Shown: piece after piece, positions 27,546 to 40,714 of the stretch
Numbering within the stretch: position 1 is the stretch's first letter
Layout of the letters: every line of letters starts with the position of its first letter
NCBI GenBank assembly: GCA_964016885.1
Contig: OZ024760.1
Coordinates: 12,400,001 to 12,464,000 of the forward strand
DNA: 64,000 nucleotides
Origin: Eledone cirrhosa
Lineage: Eukaryota
Direction of reading: 5' to 3'
The notes under the pieces: model-generated
The model's database searches: none
Seen by the model: only the letters and a program-made list of their open reading frames with translations
Told to the model about the DNA's origin: nothing
Translations under genes and position numbers: made by a program

Positions 27546-27859
27546 TGAACTTCTTAACCATACGGCCATATAAAATATGCGTTTAAAAGAAATATTTTTT
27601 AAATGTTAGTACAAACAGAATAATCAAAATCCTGAATACTTTTGGGATATTTTTCTCTCTTCTTTTTACCAAACCACAAACTGTTTAATTGTACAATTTT
27701 AATGCGATCGTTTAGTGGATTAATTTGTACAATTGTTAACGAGAAGATTATTGCTTCTTTTGTTAGATCAAAATAGGTTTTGTTTTGTCAGCTTGACCCA
27801 GTGTAATTACATACAGAAGCACTTAATGGTTGACTGTGTATGTATGTATACATATATGT

Positions 27860-28050
27860 TAGAAAGAGACTGGGTCTGACGGCTAAGCTCTTGTCCCTTC
27901 AAAAGCTAGTTTCTAGAACTAGCTTTTGAAGGGGCAAGAGCTCAGCCGTTGGGCCCCGACTCTTTCTAATATAGTCATACCCTACTATCCCTAGTATTGA
28001 GTACTCTTTTGAATAATGGTCTGCCTGGTTTGAAATTGGTTCAATCCTGC
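27860..28050 (+). mobile_element. divergent family A fold-back element
   Basis: ~110-bp palindrome (GACGGCT..GCTCTTG...CAAGAGCTCAGCCGT) followed by CCCTACTATCCCTAGTATTGAGTACT. Confidence 0.7.
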
Positions 28051-29115
28051 TGTGTGTGTGTGTGTGTGTCCGTCAAAAATGATTAAATTTTTTGACAAGT
28101 ATTTTGAGGGGTTCCAACTTCACCTTTGGGCACCCCCAGCAATATGTCAGTGCCACCACTATACCTCTACCTAAAAATATTATAGATGGCCCACACTGTC
28201 TTTATTGAAAGTGATACCAGCTTAGAATCCAAGACTTTAGGGCGAGGTTGGTCTTTACAATTGAGAGTGATACCAGCTTTACAAAGACAATAGGTTGGTA
28301 GAGGGCAATTTATCTGTTATATATATCAGGCCAGTTGCAGTACTACATAGAAATGTTCTCATTAGTCAGTGTGATAGTGGTAGAAAATATACAGGTGTGA
28401 TTATGGTTGGAAAGATACAGGTGTGATAATTACAGAGCAAAGAACACCTGATAAGTGATAAGATTAAGTTTGCGAGAACTTTCAACTTCACAGATATAAT
28501 TGTTTCTATTGTTTCTACTTTGGGCACAAGGCCAGCAATTAGCCAAGTCCCCATATACTCAGCTATAGACCCTCAACCACAGTTCCCATATACTCAGCCC
28601 CAGTTCCCTAATTTTCAGCTATCTCTCAATCTTATTTCCACCCCAACCCATCGCTGTCAATATATACACGCATATATATATGTAAAGTGATATACAGAAA
28701 TAATTGACCCAAGGGAGATTTGGTTTCTATTTCTAGCAGACTGAGGTAGTTACTTATTGTGACAATCGTAATAAGCAATGGTGTAACTGGAGAAAGGATG
28801 GGCCTCTCGAAATTATGTAATCTACACTTCTGTATGTCAGAGCAAAAAAGAAATGTTAAAAAAATGTTTTAAAAAACCCCCAAACAAGCAAACTAATATA
28901 TATATATATATATATATAACCCTTGCAAGCAGGGAAAAGCAGACATAAAATGAAATGATGACATATATATATATGGGCTATTTCACACACACATGTAAAA
29001 TAGCCCAGATTTCTTCTAAGGACAGTAAATCTAACATAAACTACAGAAATTTAATCTATGCAGACGAAGACAAGTCTTATAGAACCTATAAACCCATTTA
29101 GACACCAAAAGACGT

Positions 29116-29508
29116 TACTCTCGGGTCTCAAATAATGGCCCCCACCCCACCCCATACTTAGTAATTTTTCACATTTTTACCAACCCTCTCACTCTTATTT
29201 CAACCGCACCTTCCCTTATCAAATTTTGCTAATCTATCTCTGGTGAAATTTTATTTTAAGTTGTAGCATTCCTGCAACAATTAATTTTCCTTATACATTA
29301 AAAAAACCCCATTATACATGAGAACAAAAGTACATTACTAAAAATCCCATACATTATAAAATAAATAGGATGGGTTGGGGGTCTCAATATCTAAACTAAA
29401 CGACTAATTCTGGTTTTTTAAAAATCAACCTAGAAAAATTACTGATTTTCCAACACTCCTCCTTAGCTTATTCCAACCCTTCTCCCTATTATTTGGGACC
29501 TGAGAGTA
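29116..29508. mobile_element. TA-flanked MITE (Tc1/mariner-pogo type)
   Basis: TIRs TA-CTCTCGGGTCTCAAATAAT / ATTATTTGGGACCTGAGAG-TA; second copy near 20000-20400. Confidence 0.75.
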
Positions 29509-29777
29509 ATTATCATATATACTTAAACCTGTATACCTCCTGCCAGTGCCTGGCCTGGACGATCCCAAGCCCAGATTAGAATTAGAAAGATGGGTGGATG
29601 AGTTTTTAGGCGAGGGGTTAGCAACCTTTCGATTGCTACAACATTTTCAAAGATATTTATCCCAAAAGATTGCTGCCCTGGGATAGAACAGACTTCTGGC
29701 TGTATAGATTGGCAGAAATGGAAGAAATCTCGAAAAAAAAAAAAAAAAGGCAAAGTTGACCACAGCAGGATTTAATC

Positions 29778-29965
29778 AGCATTTAAACCAGCCATATCCA
29801 GCCAGAATTCTCTCACCTCTTTCTCTTCAAACCAGCTGTAACCAGCTGCTCATACTGATGTTAAGGTATTATTCTCAAAATAGATTATATCAAAATCTCA
29901 TAGATATGATATTATGTGAGAAATATAATAGTAAATATAGAGTAATGTAAATGGTAAAGGGTTAA
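29778..29965 (+). mobile_element. piggyBac-type MITE (5' truncated)
   Basis: Homologous to 44517-44745; ends AAAGGGTTAA. Confidence 0.75.
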
Positions 29966-31399
29966 ACTCAGAGAGCATAGAAAACTGGAACAAAAATTGG
30001 TCAAACAACTTGGCCAAGCCACTGCACAAGTCTTAGACATTAATTTTTAATGTGATGCAGTCATAGAGCTGTTTTATACTTTCCAAGAATGTCATGTTAA
30101 TGTGGTTTCATGTGGTACAGGACATTAACTCTGGAATGATTCAGGAGAAAATATCTATTTTAAAGATTTATTAATTCAAATGTTTGTAGTATCTCTATTA
30201 GTGGACAGATTGTCATGAAGATTTGTAGTATTAGTCATGAAATCAATTTTTAGAGTGATGTAGTCACATATAATGTTGGGTGTGGTATTGGAGAATGAAA
30301 GACTCTTAATAAACATTTATAGCCACCACACCACACAGTCCAACCTCCACCACCCCACTCTATCCCACCTCCACTGCACCAAACCACACCACCCTGTCCA
30401 ACCTCCACCACATCACACCATACAATACAACCTCCACCACACCACCTTGTCCAACCTCCACCACATCACACCATGCAATACAATCTCCACCACACCACAC
30501 TGTCCAACCTCCACCACATCACACCATACAATACAACCTCCACCACACCACACCATCCCACTCCACCCCACACCATGCCAAAACTCAGGATTATTAGCTG
30601 TACTAATTAATATTAATGGAGTTTAATGGTCATTAGAAAATATCAAAAGGTTAGTTAGTAATTCTGTGGCAGCGATGGCAGGGGTTGGTGAAAATCCCTC
30701 CCTACTCTATGGTGGACGAGACAGAGAGGAAGCGGTCCCTAGCTAGATAGGTTTGTAAGCCCTATGTTTGTTTATAATGTTTAATGTATTTCTATATCTA
30801 AACCCTTATCGGTAATAAAGAAATTATTTTAATTATTCGTAACTCTTTTACTCTTGCAGATGTTATACCGACACTGTACCAAAAGAGTGAGCCCTAGCCA
30901 AGGGACAATGGCCCTTTCAGTCATTCCTTCAACTTTACAACACCCTCCGTAGAATCCTTTTTATGATACATGGGTAGCACAAACATGAACTTTGTAGCTC
31001 TACCAAGGGCTTAGATTCTTTGCTGCATGTGCTACAGTGAAAGAAAAAAAGAAAAGGCTAAGCTTCTTATGCTCCCACAACACACAAGAGTGAAAGTTGT
31101 TAGATGAAGAGGGGTCAGTGCTTGAAGTATTTTTAAAGTAAAGAAAGGCTTTGCACTGGACCAATTCCACTCCCTGTGGGGTATCCAACACCAAGAACTG
31201 GGCAACATCATTGGTTGCCATAGAGTCACAGGGTTTACATCAGAGTTTTCCTTCTTTGTAGAATGATGTCCTAACAAGAACTGGAGAGGGGGGGGGGGGT
31301 TATCTCAGTCCAGGTGGGCTAACCACGTGTTCAAGCACCACAGTATTTCCCTGTTACTACATTGCACATAAACATATGTATATATACCTACACACACAT

Positions 31400-31458
<59 letters not shown>

Positions 31459-32306
31459 TTCATACATACACCTTACATGTGCATATATACACATACACAT
31501 AACATATATATACACAGGTACACACATATATATATATACACATACACACACATAAACATTCACACACACACATATAAACATTCACACACACATATATAAA
31601 AGCATTCACACACATATATAAAAACATTCACACACACACATTCACACACACAAACATTCACACACACATATATAAACATTCACACACATATATATATAAA
31701 CATTCACACACACACACACACATACATATAAACATTCACACACACACACACACATACATATAAACATTCACACACACATATATAAACATTCTCACACACA
31801 TATATAAAAACATTCACACACACATATATAAAAACATTCACACACACATACACACACACAAACATTCACACACACACACACATATAAACATTCACACACA
31901 CACATATAAACATTCACACACACATATATAAACATTCACACACACATATAAACATTCACACACACACACACAAACATTCACACACACACACACACACACA
32001 CATAAACATATACACATATACACATATATATATATATATATATATAGTTGTTATATAGTAAGGTGTATTATTGGTTGTGTCATACGGTCCAATAAACTTC
32101 TGTTAGCAATATTAAGTTCTCCACGCTTCTGTATATCTCCAGTTCCATTGAAGGGAACAGCTCGATGATGTAAAACGGAGTATAAGTATCAAAATAACGA
32201 TCCGAAGACATGGTATAAACTTACAATCATTTTAATCTGGGGGACAAAACTCTAGTGAGTGAACATCGTTAAATTTTCTCCCTCATAGCAAGGATTTGAA
32301 GGCAAT

Positions 32307-32393
32307 TCATTTTCACCTGACGAGATTAGTGATAATCGATCATGACCGCACGATCGATCTATCCCTTTTGAAACATGTGTCGTGATTAAAATG
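32307..32393 (+). ncRNA. type I hammerhead motif with long stem II (family D)
   Basis: TCAC CTGACGA [hairpin GATA-ATCGATC...GATCGAT-C-TATC] GAA ACA TG TGT C GTGA. Core intact, cleavage triplet GUC at 32379-32381; the 3' flank is duplicated in inverted orientation at 32187-32237. Confidence 0.65.
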
Positions 32394-32452
32394 ATTGGAG
32401 ATTTATACCACGCCTTCGGATCTTTATTTTGATATCTATATATCTATATCTA

Positions 32453-32509
<57 letters not shown>

Positions 32510-32931
32510 AATAAAGATATGTAAAGAGTCTTGTGATTTGTCATCAAGCATCATTCACAGTACTTAACAGAATAACAAAGTGGTACAATAGAGAGGTAGA
32601 GAGAGTGCGGGAGAGTGATAGAGAGGGAGGGAGAGAGAGAGAGGAGGAGGAGAGTGAGTCAGACACGAAGTGAGGAAGGGTGTCATGGATGTCTGTATGA
32701 GTGTGTGTATATATACATGTAAAAATGAAGGTATGTATATATATATATATATGTAGGTATATATGTGTGTGTGTTTGTATATATGTATATATACACACAC
32801 ATGTATGTATTTATATATATATATATATACACACACATGTATGTATTTATATATATATATATATACACACATGTATATACATGTACACACATGCACACAT
32901 GTATACATAATATATTTATATATATATTTAT

Positions 32932-32965
<34 letters not shown>

Positions 32966-33453
32966 TCATTCATTCATTCATTCTTGTACATACACAAGGA
33001 TGCACATAGCACCCATATATATATACACACACACACACACATACACACATATACACACATATATATATACATACACACACACATATATATACACACACAC
33101 ACACATACATATATATATACATACACACACACACATATATATACACACACACATATATATATACACACACACATATATACACACATATATATATAGATAC
33201 ACACACACACACACACACACACATACACACACACACACACACACACATACACACATATATATATATACATACACACACACACATATATATATATATACAT
33301 ATACACACATATATATATATATAAATATACACACACATATATATATATACATACACACGTGTATGTTGGAGACAGTAAAAGCGCAGCAACGTTCTGATGC
33401 ATTGTTCTGTACAGTTAAGTGCAATTGAATGGCAGCACCAATAACAAGGAATA

Positions 33454-33797
33454 TACTACTACACCACCACCACTACTACTACTACTACACCACACCATTC
33501 ACGCCACCACTCCACCACCACCACCACCACTACTACTCCACCACAACACCACCACCACCACTACTACTACTACACCACAACACCACCAACAACAACAACC
33601 ACACCACCACCACCTCATCACCAACAACAACAACCACACGACCTCCACCACCACCCACTACCACTCCACCACCACCACCACCTCCACCACCACCAACCAC
33701 ACCACCACCTCCACCACACCACCACCACTAGTCCACCACCACCACCTCCACCACACCACCACCACCAACCACACCACCACCACCACCACCACCACCC
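33454..33797. repeat. (CAC/CTA/CAA)n tract
   Basis: Direct inspection; a similar tract lies at 34120-34695. Confidence 0.9.
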
Positions 33798-33872
33798 TCT
33801 CAGACAGAGCTACAAGTTGACAGTGTTAGATATGTTAGCCAATAAGAAACACTACACCACCACTCCAGCATA

Positions 33873-33905
<33 letters not shown>

Positions 33906-35016
33906 CATACATACATACATATACATACACAAGCACACATATAAACACACACAAACATATATATAAAAAAAACACACACACATATATATATACACAATCA
34001 CACACAGAAACACTTCAAACAGACAGACAGAGTTAGAGACAATAGTAAAGAGAGAAGCAGTAATGTATAGTGAGGAGGGGGGGGGGACAATTCTACCATT
34101 GATGTTACTGGCAGTAACATCACGGTAGTAGTAGTAGTGGTAGTAGTGGTGGTACTACTACTACTATATCTACAATACAATAACCATCACCACAGCCACT
34201 ACTACAACTTCAACTACCCCCCCCCCCCCAATCATCATCACCACCACCACTACTACCACCACCACTACTACTACACTACCACAACCACCACTACTACCAC
34301 AACACCACCACCACCACAACACCACCACCACCACAACACTACCACAACACTATAACCACCACTACTACCACAACACTACCACCACCACCACCAATACTAC
34401 CACAACACTACCACAACACTACCATCACCACCACTACCACCACCACCACCACTACTACTACAACACTACCACAATACCACCACCACCACCACTACAACAC
34501 TACCACCACCACCACCAATACTACCACAACACTACCACCACCACCACTACTACCACAATACCACCACCACCACCACTACTACAACACTACCACAACCACC
34601 ACTACCACCACCAATACTACCACAACACTACCACCACCACTACTACCACAATACCACCACCACTACTACAACACTACCACCACTACTACTACAACCGCCG
34701 CAAAAACAAAAAAAAACGTAGTTTCGTTTCTTTAATAAACAGGTGCCTGTTGATTGAGGGGGGGAAGGCAGAGGGAGGAGGAGGGAGAGAGCGTGTAAGG
34801 GAGTAGGAGGAAGGGGAGAAATAAGGGAGAGAAGTGAGAGTAATAAACTAGGAGCAAGTGTATGTATATGAGCGCGTGTGTATATGTATGTGTATATGTA
34901 TGTGTGTGTATATGTATGTGTGTGTATGTATGTGTGTGTATGTATGTGTGTGTATGTATGTGTGTGTGTGTGTATATGTATGTGTGTATATGTGTATATA
35001 TGTGTGTGTGTATATG

Positions 35017-35080
<64 letters not shown>

Positions 35081-35149
35081 GGGGTGGTGTCGGAGGTGTT
35101 GGGTAAAAAAAAAGGAGCGAGTAATTGAGGGATAAAGGTGGGGTGGGGT

Positions 35150-35440
35150 AGATATCAGTGGCGGTGAGGATAGACTAGAGGGGGAGGTTATGTATTGAAG
35201 ATAGGGATCGACTGGCGGGGGTGGGGGAGAGGTTATGTATTGGTGAAGGTAGGGATAGGATGGGGTGGGTTGGGGGGTAGATATGAGTGGCGGTGAGGTG
35301 AGGGAGGGAGCCAATAAAATGAGGAGGGGACGGGCGGCATCGTTGTCAGGCAGGGGAAGAAAATGATGAATAACGACGAGAATGAGGAATGCCGACATCA
35401 ACAAAGACAGCGAGGAATATCACTTAGGAGACGTAAGACT
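35150..35440 (+). promoter_or_regulatory. possible promoter and first exon
   Basis: Local CpG enrichment, GGCGGGG and AGCCAAT (~35309) motifs, ATGs at 35363 and 35382 open to a donor-like AC|GTAAGA at 35433. Confidence 0.35.
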
Positions 35441-35545
35441 ACCAGGGACCGCGTATATATATACCAACACCCCACTCTCAAGAGCGTGAAATTAATAAAC
35501 ATTTGTTGTACTCCCTCTCCGTTTTGTTCCCGTTAAATTTTTCAT

Positions 35546-35580
<35 letters not shown>

Positions 35581-35589
35581 AGGGAGAGC

Positions 35590-35635
<46 letters not shown>

Positions 35636-35719
35636 GAAGGTATAGAGATTGTTTTAGCGAGAAGCTAATAGTATTCTATAACATATATGTGACTATATCG
35701 TCAAGATGGGAAAATATAA

Positions 35720-35783
<64 letters not shown>

Positions 35784-35818
35784 AGGGAGAGCGTATATAT
35801 ATATATATATATATATAA

Positions 35819-36013
35819 AACAAAGAAAGTGTAGTAAGGAACCAGATGGACCATAACGCACCAGAGTACTCAATACTTAGAGAAGTAGAGTGGGTAATAG
35901 GAAAATGTATGACCCCGACGGCAGAGCTCAAGCCGTTTCGACGGCTATTTCTGAGTCCAGAAATAGACCTCGAAACGGCTTGAGCTCTGCCGTCGGGGTC
36001 ATATTTTCCCCTA
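35819..36013 (-). mobile_element. family A fold-back element
   Basis: Tail with AGTACTCAAT (35865-35874) plus palindrome 35897-36013. Confidence 0.8.
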
Positions 36014-36077
36014 TATATATATATATCCAGGGAGAGTGTGTCTGTATATATGTGTGTGTGTATATATATATATAGAT

Positions 36078-36130
36078 GAGATTCTACAGGACTAGAACTG
36101 TTTCATTCTTTAGAAATCATCAGGAATCTC
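36078..36130 (-). ncRNA. type I hammerhead ribozyme, apparently complete (family B)
   Basis: Minus strand: GAGATTC CTGATGA T-TTC-TAAA-GAA-T GAA ACAG TTCTAGTC CTGT A GAATCTC. 7-bp stem I, full core, 4-bp stem III, GUA cleavage triplet. Confidence 0.8.
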
Positions 36131-36149
36131 TGATTCAACCCGGAATAAC

Positions 36150-36187
<38 letters not shown>

Positions 36188-36194
36188 CCAAGGA

Positions 36195-36234
<40 letters not shown>

Positions 36235-36241
36235 CCAAGGA

Positions 36242-36277
<36 letters not shown>

Positions 36278-36284
36278 CCAAGGA

Positions 36285-36320
<36 letters not shown>

Positions 36321-36327
36321 CCAAGGA

Positions 36328-36373
<46 letters not shown>

Positions 36374-36380
36374 CCAAGGA

Positions 36381-36430
<50 letters not shown>

Positions 36431-37054
36431 CCCTTCTATTATTCAACTCTCTAACACTCAGCTTTCTAGCAGCAGTAAGAAATTACTCACAATACTACTA
36501 CTACTACTACTACAACCATCACAGCTACTACCACCACTATTATACTATTACCACTACTACACCACCACCACCACTATTATACCACTACTACTACCACCAC
36601 CACTATTACCACCACCACCACTACAACACCACTGTTATACCACTACCACCACCACTGTTATACCACCACCACCACCACTACCACTACCACCACCACCACC
36701 ACCACTACCACCGTTATACCACCACCACTACCACCGTTATACCACCACCACTACCACCGTTATACCACCACCACTACCACCGTTATACCACCACCACTAC
36801 CACCGTTATACCACCACCACTACCACCGTTATACCACCACCACTACCACCGTTATACCACCACCACTACCACCGTTATACCACCACCACTACCACCGTTA
36901 TACCACCACCACCACTACTACCACTGTTATACCACTACCACCACTACCACTGTTATACCACCACCACCACCACCACATATACACTCCACACGATTACAAC
37001 AATGTGAAGATGAAAAGAAAAGCTGAAATTGGATTTATAAACAGCGTGGCAAAC

Positions 37055-37087
<33 letters not shown>

Positions 37088-37157
37088 TATATATATATAG
37101 ATACACACACAGATTATACACTCTAACATATATACATGTACATATATATATATATTG

Positions 37158-37230
<73 letters not shown>

Positions 37231-37338
37231 AATGTACACGACCACAACAAACGTGTCTATGAAAATTGTCAACAAGTGGAAATGAACATCAAACATCGTA
37301 AACAAACACACATTAAATACACACACACACGTATAGAC

Positions 37339-37371
<33 letters not shown>

Positions 37372-37394
37372 CATACATACATACATCTATCTAT

Positions 37395-38340
37395 CTAAGG
37401 CGGGTAAAATTCCCGAGATCCATGGACGAGTTCTCTCCAGCGGTCTCTGTCCCTCATTATCGCTGCCATGTCCTGCATCTCCAACAGACCAGTGTCTGTC
37501 CTTAGGGCATCAACATACGTTAATCTTGGTATTTATCTTCTAGTGTGTCCATGTAGGGGCTCCCACAGGAGCACTGAGTGCAATGTCAACTCTGGATGTC
37601 GGTGAGCATGTCCAGCCAACCTCAGTCTCCTCTGTGTCACTTTTGAGCTGACTTTTGGGATGCTCCCATACAGCTCTGAGTTTTTCATCCTCAATGTATA
37701 CTGATTAATGTTCAGAGCCATCCTCAGCATTCTCGTGTAGCACCCATCCTCCATCTGAGTGAGTTTCTTGGTCAGTGTCCAAGTCTCAGACCCATACAGC
37801 AGCACAGACTCCACTACAGCAATGAAGAGGCGGATTTTCAGGTCTCTACGAAGGTCCGACTTCCACACCAATCTCAAGCTGTGGCACGCCGCCCAGGCCT
37901 TGCTCTTCCTCTCAACTACATCATCTTCCGTATTCCCAATCTTTGCTCCCAAATACAGGAAGTCCTCAACCAATTCCAGCGGCTTCCCGCCTACATTAGT
38001 GATCCCCTCTGGCTTCTCAACATTCTCTACCAGATATTTTGTTGTAGTCTCATTCATTCTCAGCCCCACACTCATCGACACAGTCTCAACCTCCCGCATC
38101 AAATCCTCTGCCTCCTTCACTGTATTTGTCACCAAAACTATGTCGTCGGCAAATTCAGCATCCGATACCTTTTTCGCCCCAACTCTCCCGCTCTGAGCCG
38201 GTGCTACAGTAAAGCCAGAGTCCTGGTGTTTCTCCAGTGCAAGGTGCATACAACAGTCCACTACGATGATAAAAAGGTAGGGAGCCAATGTATCGCCCTG
38301 GAGCACTCCAGCCAGTATCTCAAAGAACTCTGTCAACCCA
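37395..38340 (-). pseudogene. 5'-truncated RTE-type LINE, reverse transcriptase 3' half
   Basis: [40 protein letters not shown] motifs; one in-frame stop at 37533-37535, natural end ...RDRDRWRELVHGSREFYPP* then an (AGAT)n tail. The ORF upstream of 38340 is microsatellite. Confidence 0.92.
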
Positions 38341-38434
38341 TATATATATATGACATACATATACATATACATACATATATATACATACATACATATACAT
38401 ACATACATATATATACACATACATATATACATAC

Positions 38435-38473
<39 letters not shown>

Positions 38474-39021
38474 CATATACATACATATACATACATATAC
38501 ATACATACATATACATACATATACATACATACATATACATACATATACATACATACATATACATACATATACATACATACATATACATACATATACATAC
38601 ATATATACATACATATATACATATATACATACATACATACATATACACATACATATACATACATACATATACACATACATATACATACATACATATACAC
38701 ATACATATACATATATACATACATACATATACATATATACATACATATACATATATACATACATACATATACATATATACATACATACATATATACATAC
38801 ATATACATATACACATATATTTATATCACATATTTTTATTTGTTTGACCCTAATTACTTGGTCGTCTCTTTGGCTCTGCGAATGACGGTTTAACCCTCGT
38901 CTCAATGTGTCTGGCCTTTAACGTATGTTGTAGCTCTGGTTCATCTGAATCATTGAGCGCTCGCCACACATCCCGGAAGTTGTTTTTCGTTAATTCATAA
39001 GCCGAAATACGATTCTCGCTA

Positions 39022-39071
<50 letters not shown>

Positions 39072-39161
39072 CTCTGATTCATCTGAATTATTGAGCCCTC
39101 TGCCGCTCATATCGAATTTCGTTTATCGTGAACTCGTGCGCCGATTTTTCGATACTCGATC

Positions 39162-39197
<36 letters not shown>

Positions 39198-39199
<2 letters not shown>

Positions 39200-39410
39200 C
39201 GAAGGAAATGTGGTAAGGAACCAGGTGGACCATAACGCACCAAAGTACTCAATACTTAGGGTAGTAGAGTGGGTAATAGGAACGAGTAGGACCCCGACGG
39301 CTGAGCTCAAGCCGTTTCGACGGCTAATTCTGGACTATTTAGTCTAATTAGTCCAGAATTAGCCGTAGAAACGGCTTGAGCTCAGCCGTCGGGGTCCTAC
39401 TCGTTCCTAT
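39198..39410 (-). mobile_element. family A fold-back element (best-preserved copy)
   Basis: ~60-bp arms ATAGGAACGAGTAGGACCCCGACGGCTGAGCTCAAGCCGTTTCGACGGCTAATTCTGGAC and reverse complement; a palindrome-deleted copy follows at 39522-39613. Confidence 0.85.
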
Positions 39411-39475
39411 ATATATATTGTTATACTTTGGGAGGGTCATGTTGCCAAAAGAATCTTGCTCAACAAATTCAGAAA

Positions 39476-39523
<48 letters not shown>

Positions 39524-39780
39524 CGAAGGAAATGTGGTAAGGAACCAGTTGGACCATAACGCACCAAAGTACTCAATACTTAGGGTAGTAGAGTGGGGTC
39601 TTACTTGTTCCTATATATATATATATATATATATATAAACAATACAATGAATGGTGGTAGACTAAACTGACCTCGGCAAGGTTTGAACTCTAAACTTTGA
39701 ACGTACGAAATTGTGCAAATGATGGCAGTCAGGCGCTCTACCGACCCATTTTAATCGGCAACCTAAGTCATAATACGCCA

Positions 39781-39936
39781 GACTAGAACTGTTTCATTCG
39801 AAGGAAATCACCAGGAAAGCTTTCCTTCAAATGAAACAGTTCTAGTCCTGTAGAAGCCATTTCTATATTAAATATTTATACTTTGCTTTGTATTGAGTAC
39901 CTTACTTACTGTGGTTACCCCCGATTGAACCCGGGT
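39781..39936 (+). mobile_element. family B fold-back element
   Basis: Inverted partial hammerhead arms, then tail ...GTATTGAGTACC...GGTTACCCCCGATTGAACCCGG. Confidence 0.75.
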
Positions 39937-39959
39937 ATACACACACACACACACACACA

Positions 39960-40050
39960 CAAGGTGTCCCAAAAATATATATATACACATTTTGATCACC
40001 TGCACAGAATGCTGTTGAAGTATGTATACATTTTTGGGGGACATCCTGTA
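39960..40050. mobile_element. short Tc1/mariner-type MITE
   Basis: CAAGGTGTCCCAAAAA...TTTTTGGGGGACATCCTG-TA; same family as 58423-58533 and 61046-61126. Confidence 0.65.
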
Positions 40051-40392
40051 TTAACAACCACACACAAACATGTATCTACACACATACATTAACATGTATG
40101 TGTGTGTGTGTGTAGATACACGTGCCTCATCCTCCGCCGTTCCAGTCATGTTAATATCATTCAAGTGGAGATAACTTTGGTGTCAAGTTGTCTCTAACCG
40201 TATGTATGTGTGTGTGTATGTGTTATCTATGTGTGTGTGTGTGTTATCTATAGCTGTGTGTGTGTATGTGTTATCTATGTATGTGTGTGTATGTGTTATG
40301 TATGTGTGTGTATGTGTTATCTATGTGTGTGTGTGTGTTATCTATAGCTGTGTGTGTGTATGTGTTATCTATAGCTGTGTGTGTGTGTGTTA

Positions 40393-40470
<78 letters not shown>

Positions 40471-40714
40471 CTATTGATTGTGTGTGTGTACGGGGAAGGA
40501 GGGTGTCTGATGGAATTAGTTCTATTAAATACCAGAAAGACTAAGCCATTCATGTGTGTATGTGTGTATGTATATGATGTGTGTGGTGTAGTGTGTGTGT
40601 GTATGTAGTGTGTGTGTATAGTTCTCTTGGTAAGGTATTGTCATAGTCCCTGTCTATTTAAAAATAAAATGGTGCCACCTCAGTTTGTAGTTTACCTGGT
40701 TATTTACACTGTAG

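Noticed and set aside
38340-38816. N-terminal part of the 427-aa RT-containing ORF
   Set aside because: Microsatellite read-through fused to a 5'-truncated LINE; not a real N-terminus.
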